Below are positions 52,750 to 63,257 of a stretch of DNA of 64,000 bases, piece after piece. The DNA is from Neoechinorhynchus agilis. Its lineage: Eukaryota > Animalia > Acanthocephala. A program made the position numbers and the translations under genes. The DNA lies in the NCBI GenBank assembly GCA_051530055.1, contig CM121341.1, forward strand, positions 16,966,784 through 17,030,783, in the 5' to 3' direction. How positions within the stretch are numbered: position 1 is the first letter of the stretch; every line of letters begins with the position of its first letter. Below the pieces are notes generated by a model. That model did not search any database. It was given only the letters and a program-made list of their open reading frames with translations, and was not told the DNA's origin.

Positions 52750-54035
52750 TGATGGATTGCCCATGAAGATTCCTCTTGATCCAGTTCTCGCCGAATTGTT
52801 CATGCGCGATTAAGAGGCCAGTTATGTTTCCAGCTTAACGTGTATTAAATTCCGGCAGAGATACGTAAATGATACTTTTAAGACGGAAAAGTTCTGGCGC
52901 ATGTTGAATTCAAAGCACAGCACAATTAAATGGACCATCGACTAGGAGAATGACAATACAATCCCTTTACGCGACAAGGAGAATAGTATGCAACCACTGT
53001 ATACAGGAAGATCGGTATATCGATGGACATTGTCCCCTTCATCACAATGGCACCAATTAAGTATAAAATGGCCAGGATTTAGTCGCTGTTTGATCGTTCC
53101 TAGAACTATTGCCCCAACAAAGATTCCCTCACTAATGAGTTAGAGTTCCTTAGGAATATGCTCGAAGGAAAGGGCTACCAATTTATATGATAAGAAGAGC
53201 TAATTGCAGGGCCCGTCGATGATGAGCTATTCACTGCAATTAACAATCTGATAAAAGGAGCTGCATCCAAAGACTTAGATTGCTGTATTGATATACCGGG
53301 AAAGCTCAACCGCTAACATTTCTGGGGAATATTGTGTAAGAGTTTTGCCCAGGAACGTTCTGAAAAGAATTCCAATGTTCACGCGATTTCAGGCCGGAAA
53401 AAAGAGATTCACCTCTCTATCAACAGACTGTATCGAGACCAACTCAGGGGAGTTGTGGATGGGTCTCTTTGCATTCCCTGGACTAATGTTCTCCGTTGGC
53501 GGTGTTTCTGGGGTCTCTGACCACAAAAATAAAAGAGCGAATAAGTTCTTTTGACGACCAGGAATGGTCAACCGTTAAGCTCCATGGTGAAGAAACAAGA
53601 TGAGCATGAAAGCAAAGGTGTGGTATACGAAATTCTCTGTAGCGAATGTAATAGTAAATCCTACGTAGGCCACACAAACAATTTGCAAAGGAGAACCAAA
53701 GAACACAAATATGCTCTGAGGAGAGGCAGCGATGCCAGTTCTGCGATATTCAACCATTTTAAGCAACAAGGCCACATCATGGATATCGACAATGCCACCA
53801 TTTTCGCGTAAAGTGAATCCAAATGAGATCGCGTTGTATTGGAGGCAATATCTATTTGCCAAGTTGAAACAGTCGAAGGAAATAAGGCGACTTCAAACCG
53901 AATTGAACCATCCCCCACGTGTAGATTTTACACCTTTATAAAGGCACAAGATTGTGCCGAAATATTGGAATCAATAAATTCTTTTAATTTTCACGCCCCT
54001 AAACAAGCATGAATTGTTCAATCTTCAAACATTCA
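52750..54035 (+). mobile_element. Decayed Penelope element ending in a family B hammerhead/pLTR
   Basis: GLPM..PL.PVLAELFM; QRYVNDT; GIY-YIG GVVYEILCSECNSKSYVGHTNNLQRRTKEHKY. Family B copy at 53932-54030. Confidence 0.85.
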
Positions 54036-54198
54036 TCCTTTCAAACATTACACCAGGACGACAGCCAATCTTTTTGTTAAAAAATAAAGAACTACCTTTT
54101 GTTAAGATTGAAATTTGGGAAAAACTGAAATTTCTATTAGCGATGCTTACCAATGAAATAGCAATTTATTTCTTGCAATAACATGGTACTTTTCTGCT

Positions 54199-55710
54199 TT
54201 AGAAATCCTGCAGCTCAATTGAAAATATCGACTGAATCGCAAAATCCGCCTCCAAGGAATCATCGTAAACTTCTTTATCGTTCTTTAACTCATCTTCAAT
54301 TTCCTCGATTGACTTCCCGTTGGTTTCGATCATTTTGAAGTAAAGAAATGTCAGAGTAGCGATTTGAAAACTTATCAAAATAAGAAAAATAAAGTTTTTG
54401 ATCGCAAAATCCATGATTGGAAACAAGAGGCGGTCAAATATTTTGAGTATATAGCTAACACAATGGCACAGGCTTAAAACAGCGTCCCGTTTGTGAAATC
54501 TAAAAGTTTCACAGGTGTAAATATTTGGCACGGGTCCAAGTCCGATATTAAAACAAACAATTGATGCAAATACGCAACATAATGCTATCCAGTCGAACGC
54601 AGCGATCTTCGTGGTGTTGTTCACGAAAATCAATAAACCAAGAAAAAATGAAAATGTGCATAGTGCATACATCGAATCAAGAAGCAAACGACGACGTCCA
54701 AACCGTTCAATGAGTAGAATCGCGAAAGAGGCTGCGGTCACTCCGGTCAATGTTAGAATCAAAGCTGATATCCAAAACCATCTTTCGACCTTAAGAGCAT
54801 CGCGAAGTTTGGTCGAGTAAGAGATAATAACGCTTATCCCACAAAGTGTTTGACTCGATATCATGACCAATGCTGTGGCTAGTTGCCAACGCACATTTTT
54901 GCACCGAATGAGTTGCAGAATGCTGGTACGCATAGTGCATTCATCATGAAGTCGTTCGTCTTCTAGCTCTCGAATCTCCACATCAACTTCGTCACTTAAA
55001 CGTAGCTTTTTGAGGCACCGCCGAGCTTTAGATTCATCTTTATCGATTATAACCGCTTCACACGGACTGTCGATCATGTATTTTGGAGTTAAAAAGATTG
55101 CGAGTATAGAAGTCAATGACCCCAATGCCATTCCGACGCTCCATGTTTCTTTACGTCCAAGAATGAACGGACTATCAATTATTTGGGCTGCTGCGATTCC
55201 GGTTGCGATGAAAACATGATGTAGACATCCAATCTTTCCTCTTAGTACTTTAGGACTTATCTCGTGTAAGTAAGGAGGAACAATGCAACTGGATAATCCA
55301 CCTTGAATTCCGTGCAAAAATCTTGCACTGTAGAAAAGCGCAACACATTTGAGATATTGAGACATCACGATCATCACTGCGGAAACAACAGAAAGTACAT
55401 TCGTCAAGTAAAATGCCCTTTTTCGATTAAAGAATTTAGTGAATCGGTAAAGGAACGATATTGCCATGGCTCCGAAGAAAGCACCGACCACAAACACAGT
55501 ATAGCGAGCATCTTTAACGACATTGTGCAAAAATATATTCCCATATTTTTTATAAGTTCCAGTGGAAGAGAGAAAAGGATCGATCAACCGAATATCTCGG
55601 CATGGTGCTCCAATTCCGAAACCGTACATGAAAGATGCCGAAGCAGTTGCCAGGATCGAGCTGGTTACTAAATTCTTTGTCCATTTTGATCGAGTTGAAT
55701 CATACGACAT
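54199..55710 (-). CDS. GLUT/SLC2A-type sugar porter (MFS), intronless
   Basis: PPYLHEISPKVLRGKIG, IERFGRRRLLL, IGLGPVP, MIETNGKSIEEI. Confidence 0.92.
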   Translation of the reverse strand: MSYDSTRSKWTKNLVTSSILATASASFMYGFGIGAPCRDIRLIDPFLSSTGTYKKYGNIFLHNVVKDARYTVFVVGAFFGAMAISFLYRFTKFFNRKRAFYLTNVLSVVSAVMIVMSQYLKCVALFYSARFLHGIQGGLSSCIVPPYLHEISPKVLRGKIGCLHHVFIATGIAAAQIIDSPFILGRKETWSVGMALGSLTSILAIFLTPKYMIDSPCEAVIIDKDESKARRCLKKLRLSDEVDVEIRELEDERLHDECTMRTSILQLIRCKNVRWQLATALVMISSQTLCGISVIISYSTKLRDALKVERWFWISALILTLTGVTAASFAILLIERFGRRRLLLDSMYALCTFSFFLGLLIFVNNTTKIAAFDWIALCCVFASIVCFNIGLGPVPNIYTCETFRFHKRDAVLSLCHCVSYILKIFDRLLFPIMDFAIKNFIFLILISFQIATLTFLYFKMIETNGKSIEEIEDELKNDKEVYDDSLEADFAIQSIFSIELQDF

Positions 55711-56100
55711 GTTTCGCTGTCGAATCTCTAGCGATTGCCTTTATATGCTTCATATAGATGTCAACGCCTCTAGGTAATGTTTTTTGATTGTTCAAACACT
55801 ATCAAAACTACAATTCAAACGCTTAAACAAAAACAAAGTAAGTTGTAACTTTTGAGTCTTAAAAAGTCTAAAATCAATAATAAAAAAGTGATCCGAAATT
55901 ATGTTGCGTTTTCCATCAACATTCGCATCGAAAATGGGTTGAAATTTGAAGAGTCATAAAAAGAGTACCAAATGATTTTCGTCAAGTGATTGTTTGCATT
56001 TCCATATTGACCTTTCAGCCGCATGATTGATCAAGTTTTATTTCTAATAGACACTTGGACTGACATATCATACGATAGAGAAATAAAAATTTCTATTTTC

Positions 56101-56298
56101 TTTGTTTCAATAGCGAAGAATTGTATCAATTAAATTTATTATATGAAAATTTTCGGCCTTTTCGTTTGCCTTCTTCAGTCACTTGCTTGTAAGTTTTAAA
56201 ATACGTGAGTAAGCAAGTGACTGAAGAAGGCAAACGAAAAGGCCGAAAATTTTCATATAATAAATTCAATTGATACAATTCTTCTCTATTGAAACAAA
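56101..56298. mobile_element. Near-perfect palindrome with two intact hammerheads (family G) and a 13-bp flanking direct repeat
   Basis: Each arm reads GUGA-CUGAAGA-A-GGC(aaacgaaaag)GCC-GAAA-AUU-U-UCAU-AT-AATAAA. AATTTCTATTTTC occurs at 56088-56100 and 56321-56333. Confidence 0.85.
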
Positions 56299-56519
56299 CT
56301 ATAATGGAGAATATCTTTATAATTTCTATTTTCATTTAAAAAGCTGGCCCAAGTGTCAATTTTCGAAATAGAAAACACAATAGTTAAGAGGCGACTAATT
56401 AATGACGTCACTTAAAATCTGAATGTTTCTTTCGTGCGTTACGCATCAGCTGTGCGTCCGTTGCACCAACATTCGTGTTCGAAAAGCACGCGCGATGCGC
56501 CTTCTCGTCGTCTGTTACG

Positions 56520-57787
56520 ATGAATACTGTCCTCTTTTCGATATTAATCACCGTTGCCCTTGTGCAGCATTCGTATCCAACGGAACTGACGTTCAATTTA
56601 CCAGCCGGGAAAAAGCAATGTTTCTATGAAGAATCAAAACGCATTGAAGTTGATGTGGCTCTTCAGTTCCAGGTCGTTGCCGGTGGACATGATGACGTAA
56701 ACGTTGAACTCTATTCTCCGTCAGGACAGTTGTTGTTCTCGGTTAAACATGAGGACTATGGTCAATATTTTAATTCTACAACTGAAACGGGAATTTACAA
56801 GCTATGCATTAGCAACGAGTTCTCCACAATGACAAGCAGGCTAGTCTACTTTAATTTTGAGATTGATGAGGAAAGTGAAGAGGATGAGCGAATCTCTGGG
56901 AATGGTGTAGGAAGGCACGCAGGACCTTTGACATTGTTCGCAGCAAAATTAAAAGGTATTCATGCAAATTTGGATAAAATCCAGGAGGCGTTGACTTTAA
57001 AGCGCTTATTACGACCAGGCTTAAAATCTAATTTTTAATACGATAGTCTTTTGAATACGAATTCAATCCAATGCTCGTCACAGTCTTGTTTAAATAAGTT
57101 CTATTCGTTTTAAATCTTCGAATATCGTTTCTACTAGCCTTGTAAAATGCTACTTAATTCGCCAACCGCATGTTCAAGCTTTGTATTTTCGAAAATGGAC
57201 GCTTGAGAGAGGGGAGGGCTATTGTAATGACAAAAAAAATTTTTTTTAGAGCTTTCGACAACTTACGGCTTCGGCATACATTTTTTAAAAGCGAATTGTT
57301 TTCTCAACTTTTTTGAATTTAATTGGACGCTTGAGAGAGAAGGTTGTTGTAATGGCAAAATGAAAAATCTTTATATTTTAGAGCTTTCGATGTCTTACGG
57401 CTTAAGCTCAGGAATCTACAAAGTGGTGTGGAGATGTAAAGTGGGTTTTAACATAGCGACATCGAAGCCCTGAGGAAAACATAAGAATTCGAAAGGTTGG
57501 AGGGTAAAGTTTCTTTTTGTCATTACAGAAGGCTTCCCTGTCAAGTGTCCATTTTCGAAAAAGAAACCTTTTTCATTTCCCGTTCCAAATTTTATTTTTA
57601 ACCTTTGAACTAAAATATAGTCCTAATACGCGCTCCACAACGCCTGTCAGAATCTCATGACCGATTCATGTTAAAGAAACTCGGCAGGAAAGTTCGGAAT
57701 TGGAGTGTTGGTCAATTGATGGTGATCGCATTGATTGGATTTGCACAGGTTATGCTTGTTAAGAGTTTCTTTTATAATCGAAGATAA
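56520..57787 (+). CDS. TMED7: p24/TMED (gamma subfamily, TMED7-like), 2 exons
   Basis: ELTFNLPAGKKQCFYE..FQVVAGGHDDV..YKLCISNEFST..VYFNF. Last exon 57621-57787: RKVRNWSVGQLMVIALIGFAQVMLVKSFFYNRR*. Confidence 0.88.
57165..57570. mobile_element. MITE-like element in the TMED intron (related pieces at 1395-1490, 20440-20530, 56019-56375)
   Basis: TTTTCGAAAATGGACGCTTGA..TGTAATGACAAAAA and its inverted copy at 57515-57565, with an internal ~135-bp duplication. GTCTTACGGCTTA.G.TCAGGAAT shared with ~1460. Confidence 0.55.
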
Positions 57788-57860
57788 CAAAATTCGTAAT
57801 GACTATACGCTTCAAATTTGTCTTTTCGTGTTTTTGCAACCTTTCAAACTAAAACTTTAG

Positions 57861-58244
57861 ATGTCGTCTCAGCGATTACGTGCCAATGATCTTCGAAAAA
57901 AGAGTCGAGATGAACTGGAGAAGCAATTGGCTGAATTGAAACAAGAACTAACGACGGTCCGTGTCTCGAAAGTCGCGGGGGCGTCTGGTTCGGTTAAAGT
58001 CGGTAGAATTCGTCAGATCCGGAAATCGATTGCTCGTGTTTTGACCATCATGAATCAAATGCAAAAGGAGAATTTGATAAAGTTGTACCAACACAAAAAA
58101 TATAAACCGATCGATTTGAGACCAAGACTTACAAGAGCTCTGCGTCGGAGACTAACTCCATATGAAGCAAAGAAGAAGACCAGGAGGACAATAAGGCGGG
58201 AAAGACTATCTCGTCGAAGAATGTATGCGCTTAAAGCCGTTTAG
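57861..58244 (+). CDS. RPL35: 60S ribosomal protein L35 (uL29)
   Basis: LRKKSRDELEKQLAELKQEL..IRKSIARVLT..KYKPIDLRP. Confidence 0.98.
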   Translation: MSSQRLRANDLRKKSRDELEKQLAELKQELTTVRVSKVAGASGSVKVGRIRQIRKSIARVLTIMNQMQKENLIKLYQHKKYKPIDLRPRLTRALRRRLTPYEAKKKTRRTIRRERLSRRRMYALKAV

Positions 58245-58920
58245 ACAAATCTTGTTCAATTAAGACCACCCTTTTGAACGTATTTGTTTCAAAACCATTT
58301 TCGTTTTAGTGAACAAATCTCCGGTTCGAAATGATGATCATATTTAAAACTATAATTAAGGTCTGAAACAATGACCATTCTGAATTTTCGCGGCGAACGA
58401 AAAAAATAGGCTAGAATAATTATTCCTCAAGAAGCCTTTTTAACTTTTCATCCTTTCCGTTGTCGTTTTTACGTAAGGAAATTAAATTTTTCAGCACCCA
58501 AAATTTTTTTTATTCGCTCCTCCAATTAAACTTCGTTTAGTCGTTTAAAGATAAAAAATGGAAGTGATGATAATGAGTTAAATTGAACATTGAAATGTGC
58601 CTAATTGGCCAAATGAACACCTCTGTTCTTATTCATTCTCAATTTTTCTTCCCGGTCACAACTGCTGATTGGTATTTGTTGAAATGATGATTCGCAATTA
58701 CGATTTGTTTTTCGCCATTTTGGTTTTTTCTATTTCGTTACTTTGTCTTGTTATCTGACCGGCATAGAAGTTCGCTGGGCCGCCTTCTCTTTCTGAGCAT
58801 TTAAATTTCTTTGTGGAATTTATTATTTTGATCATTCTAAAAATTTTCATTGATTAAAATAAAATGCATTCTTTAATCTAAGTTTTTTGCTTGAATCTCA
58901 TAATTTGTTTTATATGAAGG

Positions 58921-58999
58921 ACGGAAATGATGATCCCGAATTTAATTGAATAGTGAAATGTGCTTAAGCGGCCAAATGTGTTCCTCTCGTCTGATCCGT
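58921..58999 (+). ncRNA. Box C/D snoRNA S2, guide complementary to the 28S sarcin-ricin loop; copies at C-box 58927, 60052, 61176, 62296, 63423
   Basis: C box ATGATGA 58927-58933, D box 58991-58994, stem ACGGA/TCCGT. Guide GTTCCTCTCGT pairs 11/11 with ACGAGAGGAAC. Confidence 0.75.
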
Positions 59000-59487
59000 T
59001 TCTAGATTTTTCGTTTTTTGCTTCAAGAGTTCATTTCCAATCTATATTTTTAATTATTTCTGATACGTTCGCGGCATTTTCATAGATATTTAAATCTTAG
59101 TCCGGTTGTAGCTTTTAGAATCAATAAATTAGACATGCAATTTTAGTTCCAATGTTTTTTCATAGATTTTATTATGTTTTTAAAGTTACTGTACAAAAGT
59201 TGCACGCTTTTCAATTATTTTATTTGCTGCTTAATGGACGATGTCATTGAAACTCAATAGTTCAATGAGTTCGCTTAGCCAATCGCACTTTTTTATGCGT
59301 TCTGTTAATGCTTTCGAAAGCTCTCGTTTTTATGCTTTCGGTTAACTTAGATTTTTCTCATTTCATCTTAAAGACAAGATAATAAAATGATATTGAATTC
59401 TACTATTCCTGAAATGATTATTTAAAGCTGGAATTACTGTCTGAAAAATGACGATTTCTTTAAATCTGACCGGACATTTTGATCTAA

Positions 59488-59557
59488 GTCAAATGATGAC
59501 CATCTGACGATTCTGAACTTTCGTGACGACATGGGATTGTCTCGTTCGTCTGATGAC
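59488..59557 (+). ncRNA. Box C/D snoRNA S3, predicted 18S guide (probable human Am1383 equivalent); copies at C-box 59493, 60619, 61740, 62864, ~63990
   Basis: C ATGATGA 59493-59499, D' CTGA 59513-59516, C' GTGACGA 59523-59529, D 59550-59553, stem GTCA/TGAC. Guide GTCTCGTTCGT pairs 11/11 with 18S ACGAACGAGAC. Confidence 0.85.
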
Positions 59558-61926
59558 CTTTCTAAATTTTACTTCCTTTCCGTTGTCGTTTTTATGGAAG
59601 GAAATTAATTTTTTAGAGCACTCAAAATTTTTTTATTCGCTCCTCTAACTGAACCTCTTTTAGCCCATTAAAGATAAAGAATGGAAGTGATGATAATGAG
59701 TTAAATTGAACATTGAAATGAGCCTAATTGGCCAAATAGCACCGCTTGTCTGATTCATTCTCAGTTTTTATTCTCGGTCACAACTCCTGATTTCCATTTG
59801 TTGGAATGACGATTCGCTAGTTAGATTTGTTTTTTTGCCATTTTCGTTTTTTCTATTTCGTTACTTTGCATTGTTATCTGACCGGCGTAGATGTTCGATG
59901 GGCCGCCTTCGATTTCTAAGCAATTTAATTTTTTCATCCAATGAATTATTTTTGTTCAAGTGGAACTGTTTCATTTATAAAAATAAAATGCATTTTTTTA
60001 ATTGAAGTTTTTTGCTTGAATCTCATAATTTGTTTTATATAAAGGACGGAAATCATGATCTAGAATTTAATTGAATAGTGAAATGTGCCTAAGCGGCCAA
60101 ATGTGTTCCTCTCGTCTGATCGGTTTCTGGATTTTTCGTTTTTTGCTTCAACATTTCATTTCCAATGTATATTTTTAATTATTTCTTATACGTTCGCGGC
60201 ATTTTCATAGGTATTTAAATCTTAGTCCGGTTGTAGCTTTTAGATCCAATAAATTAGACATGCAATTTTAGTTCCAAGTTTTTTTCATAGTCTTTATTAT
60301 GTTTTTAAAGTTACTGTACAAAAGTTGCACGCTTTTCAATTATTTTATTTGCTGCTTAATGGACGATGTCATTGAAACTCAATAGTTTAATGATTTCGCT
60401 TAGCCAATCGCACTTTTTTTATGCGTTCTGTTAATGTTTTCGAAAGCTCTCGTTTTTATGCTTTCGGTTAACTTAGATTTTTCTCATTTTGTCTTAAAGA
60501 GAAGATAATAAAATTATATGGAATTGTACAATTCCTGGAATGATGATTTAAAGCTGGAATTACTGTCTGAAAAATGACGATTTCTTTAAATCTGACCGGA
60601 CATTTTGATCTAAGTCAAATGATGACCATCTGACGATTCTTAATTTTCGTGACGACATGGGATTGTCTCGTTCGTCTGATGACCTTTCTAACTTTTACTT
60701 CCTTTCCGTTGTCGTTTTTACTGAAGGAAATTAATTTTTTTAGCTATCAAACAATTTTTTATTCGCTCCTCTAACTGAACCTCTTTTAGCCCATTAAAGA
60801 TAAAAAATGGAAGTGATGATAATGAGTTAAATTGAACATTGAAATGAGCCTAATTGGCCAAATTGCACCTCTTGTCTTATTCATTCTCAATTTTTATTCT
60901 CGGTCCCAACTCCTGATTTCCATTTGTTGAAATGACGATTCGCAAGTTCGATTTGTTTTTTGCCATTTTCGTTTTTTCTATTTCGTTGCTTTGTCTTGTT
61001 ATCTCACCGGCATAGAAGTTCGCTTTACCGCCTTCTCTTTCTGAGCATTTAAAATTTTTTGAGGAATTTATTCTTTTTGTTCAATGGAAACTTTTTCATT
61101 TATTAAAATAAAATGCATTCTTCAATCTAAGTTTTTAGTTTAAATCCCATAATTTGTTTTAGATAAAGGACGGAAATGATGTTCCCGAATTTGATTGAAT
61201 AGTGAAATGTGCCTAAGCGGCCAAATGTGTTCCTCTCGTCTGATCCGTTTCTAGATTTTTCGTTTTTTGCTTCAAGAGTTCATTTCCAATCTATATTTTT
61301 AATTATTTCTTATACTTTCGCGGCATTTTGATAGATATTTAAATTTTAGTCCTGTTGTAGCGCTTAGATCCAATAAATTAGACTTGCAAGTTTAGTTCCA
61401 ATGTTTTTTTCAGTCTTTATTATGTTATTTAAGTTACTGTACAAGAGTTGGATGCTTTTCAATGATTTTATTTGCTGCTTAATTGACGATGTCATTGAAA
61501 CTCAATAGTTCAATGAGTTCGCTTAGCCAATACAATCTTTTTTATGTGTTCTGTTAATGTTTTCGAAAATTCTTGTTTTTTTCTTTCGGTTTTAAAATTT
61601 TTTCTCATTTCGTCTTAAAAAGAAGATAATAAAATGATATTGAATTCTACTATTCCTGAAATGATTATTTAAAGCTGGAATTACTGTCTGAAAAATGACG
61701 ATTTCTTTAAATCTGACCGGACATTTTGATCTAAGTCAAATGATGACCATCTGACGATTCTTAATTTTCGTGACGACATGGGATTGTCTCGTTCGTCTGA
61801 TGATCTTTCTAACTTTTACTTCCTTTCCGTTGTCGTTTTTACGGAAGGAAATTAATTTTTTTAGCTATCAAACAATTTTTTATTCGCTCCTCTAACTGAA
61901 CCTCTTTTAGCCCATTAAAGATAAAA

Positions 61927-62006
61927 AATGGAAGTGATGATAATGAGTTAAATTGAACATTGAAATGAGCCTAATTGGCCAAATTGCACCTCTTGTCTGA
62001 TTCATT
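61927..62006 (+). ncRNA. Box C/D snoRNA S1, predicted 28S guide for the yeast Gm2791 (snR48) equivalent; copies at C-box 58564, 59687, 60813, 61934, 63058
   Basis: C box GTGATGA 61934-61940, D box CTGA 61997-62000, terminal stem AATG(G)AA/TTCATT. Guide GCACCTCTTG pairs with 28S CAAGAGGUGY; D+5 is the G. Confidence 0.75.
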
Positions 62007-62738
62007 CTCAATTTTTATTCTCGGTCCCAACTCCTGATTTCCATTTGTTGAAATGACGATTCGCAAGTTCGATTTGTTTTTTGCCATTTTCGTTTTTTCT
62101 ATTTCGTTGCTTTGTCTTGTTATCTCACCGGCATAGAAGTTTGCTTTACCGCCTTCTCTTTCTGAGCATTTAAATTTTTTGAGAAATTTAATCTTTTTGT
62201 TCAATGGAAACTTTTTCATTTATTAAAATAAAATGAATTCTTCAATCTAAGTTTTTAGTTTAAATCTCATAATTTTTTTTATATAAAGGACGGAAATGAT
62301 GATCCCGAATTTTTATTGAATAGTGAAATGTGCTTAAGCGGCCAAATGTGTTCCTCTCGTCTGATCCGTTTCTAGATTTTTCGTTTTTTGCTTCAAGAGT
62401 TCATTTCCAATCTATATTTTTATTTATTTCTTATATGTTCGCGGCATTTTTATATATATTTAAATTTTAGTCCTGTTTTAGCGCTTAGATCCAATAAATT
62501 AGACATGCAAGTTTAGTTCCAATGTTTTTTCATAGTCTTTATTATGTTATTTAAGTTATTGTACAAAAGTTGGAGTATTTTCAATGATTTTGTTTGCTGC
62601 TTAATTGACGATGTCATTGAAACTCAATAGTTCAATGAGTTCGCTTAGGCAATACCACCTTTTTTATGTGTTCTGTTAATGTTTTCGAAAATTCTTGTTT
62701 TTTTTGCTTTCGGTTTTAAAATTTTTTCTCATTTCGTC

Positions 62739-62815
62739 TTGATGAGAAGCCCATAAAATGATATTGAATTCTACTATTCCTGAAATGATTATTTAAAGCT
62801 GGAATTACTGTCTGA
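62739..62815 (+). ncRNA. Box C/D snoRNA S5, predicted 18S guide for yeast Um578 (snR77) / human Um627 (SNORD65); D boxes at 59441, 60567, 61688, 62812, 63938
   Basis: Guide AGCTGGAATTACTGT pairs over 15 nt (2 G-U) with 18S GCGGUAAUUCCAGCU; D+5 is the U. C box TTGATGA is present only in the last two units; C' is ATGATTA or ATGATGA. Confidence 0.8.
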
Positions 62816-63171
62816 AAAATGACGATTTCTTTAAATCTGACCGGACATTTTGATCTAAGTCAAATGATGACCATCTGACGATTCTGAACTTTCGTGACGA
62901 CATGGGATTGTCTCGTTCGTCTGATGACTTTTCTAAATTTTACTTCCTTTCCGTTGTCGTTTTTACGGAAGGAAATTAATTTTTTAGAGCACTCAAAATT
63001 TTTTTATTCGCTCCTCTAACTGAACCTCTTTTAGCCCATTAAAGATAAAGAATGGAAGTGATGATAATGAGTTAAATTGAACATTGAAATGAGCCTAATT
63101 GGCCAAATAGCACCTCTTGTCTGATTCATTCTCAGTTTTTATTCTCGGTCACAACTCCTGATTTCCATTTG

Positions 63172-63257
63172 TTGGAATGACGATTCGCAAGTTCGATTTG
63201 TTTTTTTGCCATTTTCGTTTTTTCTATTTCGTTACTTTGTATTGTTATCTGACCGGC
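63172..63257 (+). ncRNA. Box C/D snoRNA S6, predicted 18S guide for the human Cm517 (SNORD56/U56) equivalent; copies at C-box 58684, 59806, 60932, 62053, 63177
   Basis: C box ATGACGA 63177-63183 (ATGATGA in the first unit), D box 63249-63252, stem GTTGG/CCGGC. Guide TGTATTGTTAT pairs 11/11 with 18S AUAACAAUACA; D+5 is the C. Confidence 0.75.

Noticed and set aside
59060-59150. Possible H/ACA snoRNA ending AGACATGC
   Set aside because: No convincing H box or two-hairpin fold by eye.
59230-59320. Sixth C/D snoRNA candidate (TGACGATG...CTGT)
   Set aside because: Box D is CTGT in all units and I found no rRNA complement. Left for computational testing.
59550-59615. Hammerhead reading CTGATGA...GGAAGGAAATTAAT in each array unit
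   Set aside because: No stem I and a competing inner hairpin. The CTGA is better explained as snoRNA box D.
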